DNA of 64,000 nt from a virus (IMGVR_UViG_3300027754_005988:32001-96000); one strand, 5' to 3'; shown: positions 16,170-27,173, counted from the stretch's first letter. The notes: generated by a model from the letters alone, not told the origin. Translations and numbers: made by a program.

Positions 16170-19100
16170 ATGCCAAAAAATTTTCCTTTTTATGACACTA
16201 ATTCACCAACACCTAGTACTAAAAATACTATTACAAGTGTTGCTGCTGGTCCAACAGTAGGTCCAATAACAATTAATGGTATAAGCCCAGGTGGTATCAG
16301 AGATTATTTATTATATAGAAACATATTCCCTATAGATAGGAGTGAAATATATCAACAATTTTTTGATATTAATTCAAATGTTAATGGTAGTGCTTCAATT
16401 GGTGAGCCAGTACTTGATACAATAGTTAATGAAGGTGTTAATAGACTACCTACAAATAGTGATATTTTATTTTTTGGTAAATCATATAGAGATTTAAATA
16501 ATATAAAAAACAATCAATTTAGAAATGTTACTGATGATGATTTAAAGTCTATATCTTTTATTAGAAAAGATAATACCACTTCTATTAATAATAGTAATTT
16601 TACATTTAGTTTTGGTAATTCATATTTTCCTTTAAACTATACAATAACATATCCAAATAAACCAAATGAAACAATAGATGAATATGGTTTATTATCTAAA
16701 ACAACATCTGCTGGTTTTAAAGAAAAAGTAACAATTCAAAACTTATATAATGTTACTTCTGAACAAGTAGATATATCTAAATTCATTGATAACAAATATA
16801 CATCTGATAGTTTTTTAAAATCACATAGTAATGTTGTTAAAAATGAAGGATATCTAAATCAATTTGGTGGTTTAAATCAAGGTGGTGGTGCTGGAATACA
16901 AGCTGCTGATATTATTGGTAGTTTAGCTAATGGTCAAGGAATAGGTCTTGGAAGTCTTAATAATCCAAATCCAATACCAAATTTTGATATTAGAAGTTCA
17001 TTAGCTGGTAGAGTTCTTGGAGCAACTGGTGCTATTGCAGATACAAATCTAGGTATAATTGGTGGAAAACAATTAGCATTACTACTTGTAAATAACGCTG
17101 CGTTTAACGTACAGCAATCAATTCTAGGTAAGCTTAATATAAAAGAAAATATATTAAGTCTTGTAAAAGGAAATGGTTTAGCTGGGTTTAGACCTAATTA
17201 CTCAATTACAGTACCTGAAACTACTTTAGGTAAAACCCTTCAAAGTGTTGTTAACGTTTTAGGATTTACAATACCTAGAAGTTATTTACAACCTGAAGGT
17301 TCAATATTTTCAAGTGAAAGTGGTGACGTTGAAAATGTATCTAGAGCAAATTCAATGATTAAAAACACTGGTAAGGGTCAATTTGTATCATTAATAAAAC
17401 AAGCAACTACAAATCTAGGTGGAACTGGTGAATATGACAAACCAAATGTTACTTCATTTAGAAGTGGATATGCACCTGCTTATGCAAACGGAGATGATGC
17501 AACTGAAGTAGCTTATAATATATATGCATTTTCAAATGGGCAAGGTCATTTGATTGATTTATTAAAATCTGATGATAAAACAATACCAAATATGTCAATT
17601 GACAGGGATGGTAAACTTGCAGATTCTGGATTTGATAGTCAACCTAATGGATTTAAATGGAAAGGAAAAGCTGGCACAGTTAATGGCTATAATGGATATT
17701 TCAGACTCCTTGATGATTTTTTTGATGATGATGATAATAAAAAATCATTATTGGTAAAAACACAAAAACTATTTAATAGTGTTGGTATGAAGAATATAAT
17801 ATCAGCAAAGGGAGATGTTGTAGTAACTGATAGTCAAATACAAACAAGAAATGCTGGTGCTATTTCAAGAGGTAGTGCTGTTCTTGGTGGTTCAAATTTT
17901 AATATTGATAACGGAACTTATGTTGGAACAACAAACCCTAATCAATTTGGTAGAAGTTGGACACATTATGATAGATACGATACAGTAAAAAAATTAGTAA
18001 GAAATAAAGCTTTAGATTCCAAAATAGCATATAGAAATCATATTGAAGGTAGTATATTAGATGATAATGGTTATCCTAAAATAGCGCCATATGCAGATGA
18101 TATGCAAAAAGATGACCCTAAAAAATATATGTTTTCTATTGAGAATCTTGCATGGAATGATGAATATTTTAATTTATTACCTTGTGAAAGAGGACCTGGT
18201 GATTTGTTGACTGGTAAAAAAGGTAGGATAATGTGGTTTCCTCCATATGACATTCAATTTAGTGAATCTAATAGTGTTGAATGGGAATCAAATAAATTCA
18301 TAGGTAGAGGTGAATCAGTATACACATATAGTAATACTGAAAGAAGTGGTACGTTATCTTTTAAAGTTGTTGTCGACCATCCAAGTTATGCTAATTCATT
18401 TAGTAGTGCTTTAGGTGGAAATGGTTCATCACCAATAGATAATTATGTTGCTTCATTTTTTGCTGGTGAGTTAGACCCAACTACTGCATATAGTAATAAA
18501 TTAACAACTGTAGAGCTTACTGATGTAATTACTCAATATAAACCAACAGATAAAAGAAAATTAGCTGTAAATTCACAAACAAAACCTGCAAATACTGAGT
18601 TAAAAATTTATTTTCCTAATGATGTTTATACATATGTTCCAAAGTATGAAAATGGATTAGAAAACCCAGGAACCAAAAAAATAGAAAGTGGTAACGGATA
18701 TACTTTTGGTATTGGATATATGGCTGGTCAAGTTACTAGTAAGAAAACATATAATGATAAATATAATTTTGGGCTTAATAAAGAATTAACAATATATGGT
18801 AATTCATATAGTGGGATTACAGACCCTTCTTTTATTGAAAAATTAAAAACAGAATTAGGACCAGATGGTCAATGTCCAAATTGTACGATAACAATTAAAG
18901 GATATTCTAGTTCACAAGGAACAAATTCGGCTAATGAAGTTTTAGCTAAAAAGAGAGCAGAAACGGTTAAAGAATTACTTAATGGTGTTTTTACTACCGA
19001 TGATGATAGGAAAAAAAGACTTAAATCTGAAATAGGTGGCACTGAAAGTGTTCCTCAATGTGATGAAGATACTGATAACCAAGATGGTGATGAATGTAAA

Positions 19101-20312
19101 AAAGCTAGATTTGTATCTATTATTTTTGGTGTTGATTATAGTTTAAATAATGGTCCTCTTGATTCAGTAATCGTTAAAAAAACATTCACAACAACAACAA
19201 AAATAAATCCATTTTATGATGAGTGCACATATTTTCAAAAATTAACTGAAAATGATTATTTTGTTTTTGATTCATTTAGAGATAGGATAAAATATTTTCA
19301 TCCAGCATTCCATTCAACAACACCTGAAGGATTAAACTCTAGATTAACATTCTTATTACAATGTACAAGACAAGGTCCTACACTTGAAGACCAAGGAGCT
19401 AATAACTTAGCATTTGGTAGACCACCTGTTTGTATACTTAGGATTGGTGATTTTTATAATACTAAAATTGTTATTGATAATATAGGTATTGACTATGAAC
19501 CGTTGGTATGGGACCTTAATCCAGAAGGTATAGGTGTACAACCAATGATTGCAAATGTTAATATGTCATTTAAAATGATTGGTGGTTCAACATTAATGGG
19601 TCCAATAAATAAATTACAAAACGCATTATCGTTTAATTATTTTGCAAATACTCAAGTTTACGATGTTAGAGCTGATTATTTAACTAAGAAAGCAGTAACT
19701 AGTGATAAATTGGGTGGATATCAAATTGCTAATGATGCGACTAGTCAATACGGTGGTAATTTAAATAAAGGTGTTAAAACAACTATAGGTACACCATCTG
19801 TTTATGATTTCAACCAAATAAAGACTAGTTTAGATACAACATTTAAAATAGCTAAGTTTCCAAGTTCGACAGGAGCGGCAATAACTGGAATTACTGGTAT
19901 TAATAAAGTTGATATTAACACAATAAAGGTTAGTGATTCTGAAACTTCATACATAATAGGTGTTAAATTAGACCAAAAAAACATATTTGATACTAATGGA
20001 ACTATGTTGATGACAGAAGAACAATATAAAGAATTTATTAATAAGAATATAATAATAACAATAAAAGGTGTTGAAGATTCTACATATTACTTTGAATCAG
20101 CTATTGAATATGATAGCAAGTTTCAAAATAGTATAAACTTATTTTTTAACAACTATTATTTAGGTGAGCTTAAAACTAGTACTGGATTTCCATACATAAA
20201 ATATTGTAAAAGTGGCTCTTATTGTCTTAAACCAGGTAATTATACATTAACAGTAAGATATGCAGGTCTTGATATTTTTAGTAAACCTATAAATTTACCT
20301 GAAATCCAATAA
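16170..20312 (+). CDS. Large baseplate/tube-initiator-like virion protein with internal OmpA-like domain
   Basis: KYMFSIENLAW...GRIMWFPPYD...FIGRGE.VYTY.NTERSG.LSF and GRPPVCILRIGDFYNTKI resemble tube-initiator folds. The ITIKGYSS...NEVLAKKRAETV...ARFV segment is OmpA-like. Confidence 0.6.
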   Translation: MPKNFPFYDTNSPTPSTKNTITSVAAGPTVGPITINGISPGGIRDYLLYRNIFPIDRSEIYQQFFDINSNVNGSASIGEPVLDTIVNEGVNRLPTNSDILFFGKSYRDLNNIKNNQFRNVTDDDLKSISFIRKDNTTSINNSNFTFSFGNSYFPLNYTITYPNKPNETIDEYGLLSKTTSAGFKEKVTIQNLYNVTSEQVDISKFIDNKYTSDSFLKSHSNVVKNEGYLNQFGGLNQGGGAGIQAADIIGSLANGQGIGLGSLNNPNPIPNFDIRSSLAGRVLGATGAIADTNLGIIGGKQLALLLVNNAAFNVQQSILGKLNIKENILSLVKGNGLAGFRPNYSITVPETTLGKTLQSVVNVLGFTIPRSYLQPEGSIFSSESGDVENVSRANSMIKNTGKGQFVSLIKQATTNLGGTGEYDKPNVTSFRSGYAPAYANGDDATEVAYNIYAFSNGQGHLIDLLKSDDKTIPNMSIDRDGKLADSGFDSQPNGFKWKGKAGTVNGYNGYFRLLDDFFDDDDNKKSLLVKTQKLFNSVGMKNIISAKGDVVVTDSQIQTRNAGAISRGSAVLGGSNFNIDNGTYVGTTNPNQFGRSWTHYDRYDTVKKLVRNKALDSKIAYRNHIEGSILDDNGYPKIAPYADDMQKDDPKKYMFSIENLAWNDEYFNLLPCERGPGDLLTGKKGRIMWFPPYDIQFSESNSVEWESNKFIGRGESVYTYSNTERSGTLSFKVVVDHPSYANSFSSALGGNGSSPIDNYVASFFAGELDPTTAYSNKLTTVELTDVITQYKPTDKRKLAVNSQTKPANTELKIYFPNDVYTYVPKYENGLENPGTKKIESGNGYTFGIGYMAGQVTSKKTYNDKYNFGLNKELTIYGNSYSGITDPSFIEKLKTELGPDGQCPNCTITIKGYSSSQGTNSANEVLAKKRAETVKELLNGVFTTDDDRKKRLKSEIGGTESVPQCDEDTDNQDGDECKKARFVSIIFGVDYSLNNGPLDSVIVKKTFTTTTKINPFYDECTYFQKLTENDYFVFDSFRDRIKYFHPAFHSTTPEGLNSRLTFLLQCTRQGPTLEDQGANNLAFGRPPVCILRIGDFYNTKIVIDNIGIDYEPLVWDLNPEGIGVQPMIANVNMSFKMIGGSTLMGPINKLQNALSFNYFANTQVYDVRADYLTKKAVTSDKLGGYQIANDATSQYGGNLNKGVKTTIGTPSVYDFNQIKTSLDTTFKIAKFPSSTGAAITGITGINKVDINTIKVSDSETSYIIGVKLDQKNIFDTNGTMLMTEEQYKEFINKNIIITIKGVEDSTYYFESAIEYDSKFQNSINLFFNNYYLGELKTSTGFPYIKYCKSGSYCLKPGNYTLTVRYAGLDIFSKPINLPEIQ

Positions 20313-20338
20313 CATTAACTTAAATATATTAAAAAAAC

Positions 20339-20659
20339 ATGGCTAACTATTATGACCGTTACGGTAAATTTAGATATGACGCTAATATGAAACCAGTTAT
20401 TGGTATAACAATACCAGTATCCACATCAGATAAACAAGTAGTTTATAAACAAGGGTCAAGTAGACTTGACAAAATGAGTAATATGTATTATCTTAATCCG
20501 TATAGCGGATGGTTAATTATGTTAGCTAATCCACAATTTGGTGGTTTAGAATTTAATATACCAGATTTATCATTGATAAGAATACCTTATCCTTATGATA
20601 GTGCTATACAAAGATATATAATAGAATTAGATAATCATATAAAGCTTTATGGCGAATAG
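20339..20659 (+). CDS. LysM-like baseplate wedge protein (P2 gpX / T4 gp53-like)
   Basis: RLDKMSNMYYLNPYSGWLIMLANP...LIRIPYP; 106 aa, between large baseplate genes. Confidence 0.75.
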   Translation: MANYYDRYGKFRYDANMKPVIGITIPVSTSDKQVVYKQGSSRLDKMSNMYYLNPYSGWLIMLANPQFGGLEFNIPDLSLIRIPYPYDSAIQRYIIELDNHIKLYGE

Positions 20660-23600
20660 AATAGGATGTAGTGCTGGTAAAACAAGTTTAATAGACCCAA
20701 ATAATTTTTCTGGACAAGGTTCTTTTGATAATATATCAGTTCCTTTAGAAGATTTGAACATATCAGTACAATTAAAAACTTTTAAAAAAGGAAGAACAAT
20801 ATTAGCAGCTGAAGGGGAATCAAAAAATGTTGATAGTTCTAAAACAGTATCTGTTACTTTTATTGAAGGAAGTAATGTTGGTGGTAAAAAAGTATTAACA
20901 ACAAAATATACTGATTTAACCACTGTATTAGATAAAGGGGTTGGTGATAGTGAAAATTTAGGTATTACAAATATTGAAGTTGATTTTAACTCATCATTTG
21001 CACCGCTAATAACAATACAATTCATAGATGTTAGAGGTAGCAGTATTTTCCAAAATGAAACAGAATTAAATAATAAAGAAAATAAATATTCAGTATTTTT
21101 TCAATTACCTTATCCGTTATATGAATTAACAATAAAAGGTTATTATGGTCAACCTGTTAAGTATTGTTTACACATGACCAAATTCAATTCAAAATTTAAC
21201 TCGAAAACTGGTAATTTTGAGATTACAGCAAACTTTATTGGGTATACATATGCTATGTTATCTGATATGTTATTAGGTATACTTAAAGTTATTCCATACA
21301 CTGCTAGAGGAGCTGCAAAATACGATGAACTTATAAAACAAAATCCAAAATTATTAAACTTAAATGATTTAATGATTGAAATAAGTCAATTAGATAGTAA
21401 ATTAAAAAAAATAGGTGGTAATGACCCAAATGCAGCTAAGGTTAATACATTAAAACAAATACTTGGTGATTTGGATTCAATTAAAGGCCAAATAGAGAGA
21501 TTTGGTAGTGATATTGATGCGATTCCTGATAGAAATGGTTATGAACCATATAGATATATTGTATCAACTGATTATGAAGGTGAAAAAACTAGTAAAGATA
21601 CGTATATTGGAGGTGTTACATCTATAATAGATAGTTATAATAAAAAAGCTACTCCTCTCGGATTTGCATTAAACTTAACTGATTTTACTACCTTAGATAG
21701 AAACGCATATTTATTTAAATCGCTAAATGACACAACAACACCTAAACTTAGTGATGTTAGTGATAGAGTAGGTATTATAGGTGATACCATAACATTTTTT
21801 GTTTATAATATGAATAAGCAATATAATACTATTAATACAGTTGGTCAATCAATAACATTAGAAATAGGTAAAGCAGAAAACGAATTAGCAATATCAATTG
21901 GTAAAGTACTTAAAGAGGGGCTTGGATTTGAATCAACAGTAAGGAATATAGTTGAATGTTTTACAGTTGCTGTTGAAGTTTTATTATCAGTTATTTATGA
22001 TGTGTCAGTAGAAGCAGAAGAAAACAAAACAAGAAAAGAAGAATTAAAAACCGCTTTTAATAACCCAAAAAATTCTGATAAAAAAGCAAAAGTAAGTGAA
22101 AAATTTTACCCATGGCCAGATTATAGAGAAAAGGTTCAAAATGAAGGTTATAAAGAAAAATACTTAGGTTCTTATGGTGTATTAAAAACACCAAGTAACG
22201 TAACTGAATTGGCATTTATTGATGATTTATTAAACGCTTTTGTAAAGGCTAAAAAAGCTGAAAATGATGCGGCTTTAAATTTAAATGTTGAAAACAGTGT
22301 GTGGTTGCCAGTTAATGCATTTGATACTATTTTATTTGACAAAGTATCTCCATATTCTAGATTACCATCAAACGCAACTAATATTGATGTTATAAGATTG
22401 ATAGTTATAAGAGCTATGACTTTCTTAGGTTATACAAATGATAAAACTGTTTTGTCTAATAATGATTCTGCTGCAATAATAGCTATGGCAACAGCTGAGG
22501 CTAATGCTATAATAAATGATAAAAATTTAAAACAAGATGTAAAAAAAGCTGTTATAGAGTCATTTAAAAATCAGGCTGATAATGTATTTGCTGGAGTGGT
22601 TAGTGTTGAGGGAATTGCTAAAGATATTAGCAAAACCCCTACAACCCCTGAAACTATGAAGGTTCTTAGTGGTGAATATACATATGATTATATATTTAAT
22701 GATACAGTTGTAACAACACCTATTTTAGATAAGGCAGGTTTTATTATAGGTTATACATATACAGATAATCAAAGAAGGATAATACCAATAACAGAAAGTT
22801 TTCAGTTAGGTAATTGGAGTAGAAATATAACTGATTTAAAAAAAATTAGTGCTGGTGGTAATGTTTTTTTAACAAATTATGGAAGTGGGTATAAAGGTAA
22901 TCTATCTGGTGAAATAATCAAACCAGATGATGGTGGGTCATATGTTAAAATTTTAACTATGTCTAAATATAATGAATATAAAGATAGAAAATTATCAGAA
23001 AATAATATAGCAATTGAAAATATATTTAAAATTACTGACCTTACAAAAGGTACAGGGTATAATGTTTTTGGTGGTATATATGGTATTCAGGAATTTGTTA
23101 ATATGGATTATGAAGATACATCATTGGTTAATTTACCACTTAGGTTTGTGTTTTATTCTAATACAAATTTAAATAAAGATGAAAAAAATCAGAATTCAAA
23201 TTCATTAAGTTATAATAGAGCATATAGCAAATTAGATTTATTACCTATTGATATTGATTATCCTAATTTAACCGCAAGTCTAGCAGATTCAGATACTGAA
23301 TTAAAAAAAGTAAAAATTAATGGTGCTGATGTAAACATACATGATGGATATGGCTTCAATAGAAAATTTTTTAATTCAACATCAAATGGTGATACGAATA
23401 TAACATACCCATACATTGAAAACAGATTCAGATTAAAACAAGCTAGTGTTTTGGGTATTATAAACCCAAAAGAAACAAACATTAGTTTATTTGGTAGCAA
23501 ATTTTATTATAATAACGGAAATCCAGCAAAAGCTCTTTTATTTTTAAACACATTACCATTTAATGGTGAAACATTTGAAAAACCAGAAATAATCAATATG

Positions 23601-26135
23601 TTTAATAAAGTTGGTGGTTTTATTCATGCCCCAACACTTTGGTGCGCATATATTGGAGGATTATTATGGAGGGCTGATAATATAGACCCAACAACAAAAA
23701 AATGGAAAGATGTGATAAGATGGGATTTATCTTATACTAATGATAAAGGTGAAATAGAAACAATATATTATGAAGCAGCTACTGATGAGGCAGAAAGGGT
23801 TGAAACTTTTAAACTTATAGGTGCTAAATATGATGGTTACCCTAATGGGCCAGGTTCATTTAGTGATTGTTTATTGTATATGCCAGAACAGGCTAGAAAT
23901 GAATTTAAAATAATTTTTTTTGAGTTTTGTAATGGAAATATTTGGGCAAATATTAAAAATGGGTTAGAGATTTTTAAAGATGGTGTTGAATGTAGGAAAT
24001 TTATAGATGAATTTTATGAATCTTCTTTTAAAAAAAATGATAATAAAACTGTTTCAGCAAATATAATTAATAAAAATTTGTATAATAATTTATTAAATAC
24101 TGAAAAGTACAATTCAATATTGCCAGTGCAATATTTTTACCGCAAAAATTTCCTAAATCTTACTAGCTATAATGATGCTTTATTTTTAGAATTAAAAGGC
24201 GATTATGAATCAAATACAGCTATAAGAGCAATAATTAATGCCATGAAAGAGGAATCAATAATTGTTAATTCTGGTCCTAATATATGGAAAGAAAAACCAA
24301 CAAAATCTGGTGAAGATATTTATGTTGATACAACTACAACAAAAGAAACTTTAAATACTTATTTAAAAGCAATTAAAGATGTTTTTAAAAATAAACCTTT
24401 AGAGGAAGATATAAAAAGCAAAACTAAACAAGAAGTATTTGGAACTGATAGTGATGAGTTTATTAAATTTCAATTATATAGAAATTGTAAAAACATATAT
24501 GATAAATGGATTGGTGGTGCAAAAGATGGTAAAAATATAATGTTTCAATGTGGTTCTTTTGATGAAAAACCAGAACCAACAAGAAATGGTAAAGATATAA
24601 AATTAGCTAAAGAATATAGAAATACTATAACACCTAAACTTATTGATAGTTTTAGATTTGTAACTAGGTCATTTAAAGATATAGGTAGCGATTTCTATGT
24701 TGACCCTACACCAATAGGTACGTATTTAAAAGAAAACCCAAATTCAAGTTTTTATGATTGTGTTACAAACTTATTAGCATCAAATAATTTTGATTTTATA
24801 GCATTACCATCATTTATAAACTATAATGATAGAGAAGTTATGGAATCCTTATTCGAACCATATTCTTATAAAGATAGTATTGAAAATGGTATCTGTGGAC
24901 CTAGTTTTGTGTGTGTTTATGTTGGGCAAAAATCTAAACATTTAGATTTTAATGGTTCAGACTATGAAAACGATGGTTTCGATGTTCAATGTGGTAAAGA
25001 TGGTAACTTGTTAGGCTTACCAGGTGATTTTGCAGAAGAAAGCAAAGATTATGAAAATAATGTGGCGGTATTTAAAGTAGCGTATAGTCAACAAAATCAA
25101 AATATTTTTAAAGACATTATATTAGACCAAAGCGAATTCACGGAAACTGAAGAATCATTAAAAATAATTGATGATATATCTAAAACAGGCTCTGAAAATC
25201 AAAGACATTTTGGTGGTCAAAACTTATATAGTGTATACGGTGTTAGAAGTTACAAAGCACAAGTTGAAATGATGGGTAATGCCATGATTCAACCTATGAT
25301 GTATTTTCAGTTAGATAATATACCAATGTTTCATGGTGCTTATATGATAACACATGTAACACATAGTATAAAACCTAATAGTATGTCTACCAATTTCACT
25401 GGTGTTAGAATAAGAAACCCAGAAACACCAATATCAAAAGCTAGTGATTTATATATATCTTTATTAAGAACTATTGAAATTACCGCAACAGATACAACAC
25501 CTTTAGGTTGCCCACCTAATGGTGGTAGAGAACCAGATAAAACAAGTGGGTTTGGTTATAAAACAACGATAGAAAAACTATTAAATGGTACTGAAACAGA
25601 TGCTAATAAAATAGCTTCATTTGAAGGTTTTAAAACCGTAACATCTTTTTATGATTTTAAAACTAACAAATTAACAGAAACAGGTGTGCTAGCATTATCA
25701 CAAGGAATAGCTGAAGGGCTTGGGGTAAACACTTATAGTTGTTTTAACCCTGGTAATTTAGTTGGTGGCACTTGCGGTTCAAAAAAGAATTTCCAAAAAT
25801 TTGAAACATGGTCAGGTGGTTGGGAAAAATATGAAACATTATTGAAAGAAAAAACAGCATCATTAGGTGATTCACCATCAATTAATTACGCTAACTGTCA
25901 TACACTTGAAACCAATGCTGTATTAAAAGCTGCTGGTGTTAAATATAATGTTAGTGGACCATATAATTATGCTGGTGGTTCACCAACATTAAGACAATAT
26001 ATAAATGTTTATGCTCCATGGGGTGATGTTCCAAATAACCCAGCAAATTATATTGCAGATATAGCGGTTACTATGAAGATTAATGGATATGATATTAATG
26101 TTGATGAACCGATGAGTAACTATATTAAATTTTGA
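20649..26135 (+). CDS. Baseplate hub (gp27/gpD-like) fused to a C-terminal lysozyme-like domain
   Basis: N-terminal ITIQFIDVRG...LPYPLYELTIKGYYG; late YKAQVEMMGNAMIQPMMYF...GAYMITHVTHSI hub motif; C-terminal EG..NPGNL...F.T...YAP..NNPANY. Confidence 0.7.
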   Translation: MANRIGCSAGKTSLIDPNNFSGQGSFDNISVPLEDLNISVQLKTFKKGRTILAAEGESKNVDSSKTVSVTFIEGSNVGGKKVLTTKYTDLTTVLDKGVGDSENLGITNIEVDFNSSFAPLITIQFIDVRGSSIFQNETELNNKENKYSVFFQLPYPLYELTIKGYYGQPVKYCLHMTKFNSKFNSKTGNFEITANFIGYTYAMLSDMLLGILKVIPYTARGAAKYDELIKQNPKLLNLNDLMIEISQLDSKLKKIGGNDPNAAKVNTLKQILGDLDSIKGQIERFGSDIDAIPDRNGYEPYRYIVSTDYEGEKTSKDTYIGGVTSIIDSYNKKATPLGFALNLTDFTTLDRNAYLFKSLNDTTTPKLSDVSDRVGIIGDTITFFVYNMNKQYNTINTVGQSITLEIGKAENELAISIGKVLKEGLGFESTVRNIVECFTVAVEVLLSVIYDVSVEAEENKTRKEELKTAFNNPKNSDKKAKVSEKFYPWPDYREKVQNEGYKEKYLGSYGVLKTPSNVTELAFIDDLLNAFVKAKKAENDAALNLNVENSVWLPVNAFDTILFDKVSPYSRLPSNATNIDVIRLIVIRAMTFLGYTNDKTVLSNNDSAAIIAMATAEANAIINDKNLKQDVKKAVIESFKNQADNVFAGVVSVEGIAKDISKTPTTPETMKVLSGEYTYDYIFNDTVVTTPILDKAGFIIGYTYTDNQRRIIPITESFQLGNWSRNITDLKKISAGGNVFLTNYGSGYKGNLSGEIIKPDDGGSYVKILTMSKYNEYKDRKLSENNIAIENIFKITDLTKGTGYNVFGGIYGIQEFVNMDYEDTSLVNLPLRFVFYSNTNLNKDEKNQNSNSLSYNRAYSKLDLLPIDIDYPNLTASLADSDTELKKVKINGADVNIHDGYGFNRKFFNSTSNGDTNITYPYIENRFRLKQASVLGIINPKETNISLFGSKFYYNNGNPAKALLFLNTLPFNGETFEKPEIINMFNKVGGFIHAPTLWCAYIGGLLWRADNIDPTTKKWKDVIRWDLSYTNDKGEIETIYYEAATDEAERVETFKLIGAKYDGYPNGPGSFSDCLLYMPEQARNEFKIIFFEFCNGNIWANIKNGLEIFKDGVECRKFIDEFYESSFKKNDNKTVSANIINKNLYNNLLNTEKYNSILPVQYFYRKNFLNLTSYNDALFLELKGDYESNTAIRAIINAMKEESIIVNSGPNIWKEKPTKSGEDIYVDTTTTKETLNTYLKAIKDVFKNKPLEEDIKSKTKQEVFGTDSDEFIKFQLYRNCKNIYDKWIGGAKDGKNIMFQCGSFDEKPEPTRNGKDIKLAKEYRNTITPKLIDSFRFVTRSFKDIGSDFYVDPTPIGTYLKENPNSSFYDCVTNLLASNNFDFIALPSFINYNDREVMESLFEPYSYKDSIENGICGPSFVCVYVGQKSKHLDFNGSDYENDGFDVQCGKDGNLLGLPGDFAEESKDYENNVAVFKVAYSQQNQNIFKDIILDQSEFTETEESLKIIDDISKTGSENQRHFGGQNLYSVYGVRSYKAQVEMMGNAMIQPMMYFQLDNIPMFHGAYMITHVTHSIKPNSMSTNFTGVRIRNPETPISKASDLYISLLRTIEITATDTTPLGCPPNGGREPDKTSGFGYKTTIEKLLNGTETDANKIASFEGFKTVTSFYDFKTNKLTETGVLALSQGIAEGLGVNTYSCFNPGNLVGGTCGSKKNFQKFETWSGGWEKYETLLKEKTASLGDSPSINYANCHTLETNAVLKAAGVKYNVSGPYNYAGGSPTLRQYINVYAPWGDVPNNPANYIADIAVTMKINGYDINVDEPMSNYIKF

Positions 26136-26161
26136 TATTATAAATTAATTTAGTAGATTTG
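26132..26161 (+). promoter_or_regulatory. Bacteroidota sigma promoter (TTG-N19-TAGATTTG)
   Basis: Exact match to TTG-N19-TAnnTTTG; ATG follows 7 nt later. Confidence 0.65.
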
Positions 26162-26168
26162 CATAATT

Positions 26169-26795
26169 ATGGTAGCAAATATAGTTTCATTAAATAGTAT
26201 AGATGTTTCACAAGACTTTAATGTAGTGGATTCCATGGATAAAATAATTCATGGTCTCCCTACGCTAATAGTTGGATATAATTTAGTCGATAAAGCATAT
26301 CCAGATTTTGATATATTGGATATATGTGTTACTGAAAACATATATTGGACATTTAAGAAAACTGAAAAAAGAGATAAATTTACTGAAGATTTAGATTGGT
26401 TTATTACCAAAGTATATAATGATTTGGTTAAAGATATAAATTATGTATTTGTAGACCCAATACAATTTAGACCACATACAATCATAAAAATAATAAGAAA
26501 AATATATAATATTAAAAATATTATTACTTATATTAATGATGATATGGTATACATATATGGCGAAAAATTGATATTTGGGGTTGATTTAAGATTATTAAGG
26601 TTTATAGGTGTTGATACAGATAAACTAATAAACAAATTAAAACAAAAAAGTGCTGACTTTTTGATGGGTAAAGAGATACTTATAGAATATAAAAAAACTG
26701 TTGAAACGCTTGGTAACAAGGCGAGATACATACCTTATTTATTTTCTATAAGAAATGGAGAAAACAATACTACTAGCCTCGTTTATATTCCCTGA
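26169..26795 (+). CDS. Hypothetical protein
   Basis: 208-aa ORF with its own host-type promoter; no recognisable catalytic motif. Confidence 0.75.
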   Translation: MVANIVSLNSIDVSQDFNVVDSMDKIIHGLPTLIVGYNLVDKAYPDFDILDICVTENIYWTFKKTEKRDKFTEDLDWFITKVYNDLVKDINYVFVDPIQFRPHTIIKIIRKIYNIKNIITYINDDMVYIYGEKLIFGVDLRLLRFIGVDTDKLINKLKQKSADFLMGKEILIEYKKTVETLGNKARYIPYLFSIRNGENNTTSLVYIP

Positions 26796-27156
26796 AAGGG
26801 TTGAATGGTTCTTAAATTATCTTGAGAACAAATTTAGTATAACAAAAGATAAGGTATTTTGTTATAAGAATTTAGACGATGAATCTAAACATATCCTCAC
26901 TTTTAAATTAATAATTCCAGAAAACAAAAATTTAAACCTTAAAGATTTATTTCCAAGTGCGATACCAATACATAAAAAAGGTGATGCGTTATACACAATA
27001 AATGCTTTAAATATGATAATAGATTTAAAACATGGTGATAGTATAGGTAATGTTGAATATCGTTCTATTAAAATAGATTGGTCAGATTATCAAAACAAAT
27101 TAATCATCACAAAAGGAAAAGAACTGGTGTTTTTAAACATTAGTAGAGTTTTTTAA
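26755..27156 (+). CDS. Hypothetical phage protein
   Basis: 133-aa ORF overlapping the previous gene; IHKKGDALYTINALN segment. Confidence 0.7.
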   Translation: MEKTILLASFIFPERVEWFLNYLENKFSITKDKVFCYKNLDDESKHILTFKLIIPENKNLNLKDLFPSAIPIHKKGDALYTINALNMIIDLKHGDSIGNVEYRSIKIDWSDYQNKLIITKGKELVFLNISRVF

Positions 27157-27166
27157 TGTTTTATGA

Positions 27167-27173
27167 TATTTAT
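27167..27173 (+). promoter_or_regulatory. Phage promoter motif TATTTAT
   Basis: Intergenic, 32 nt before ATG 27206. Confidence 0.5.

Noticed and set aside
3346-26135. Extracellular contractile injection system / T6SS-like locus
   Set aside because: The sheath, tube and baseplate genes are interleaved with phage SSB, UvsX, helicase, RNR, resolvase and primase, indicating a phage genome.
26169-26795. Remnant of a family A DNA polymerase N-terminus
   Set aside because: No exonuclease or polymerase catalytic motif is visible; it cannot be supported without a profile search.
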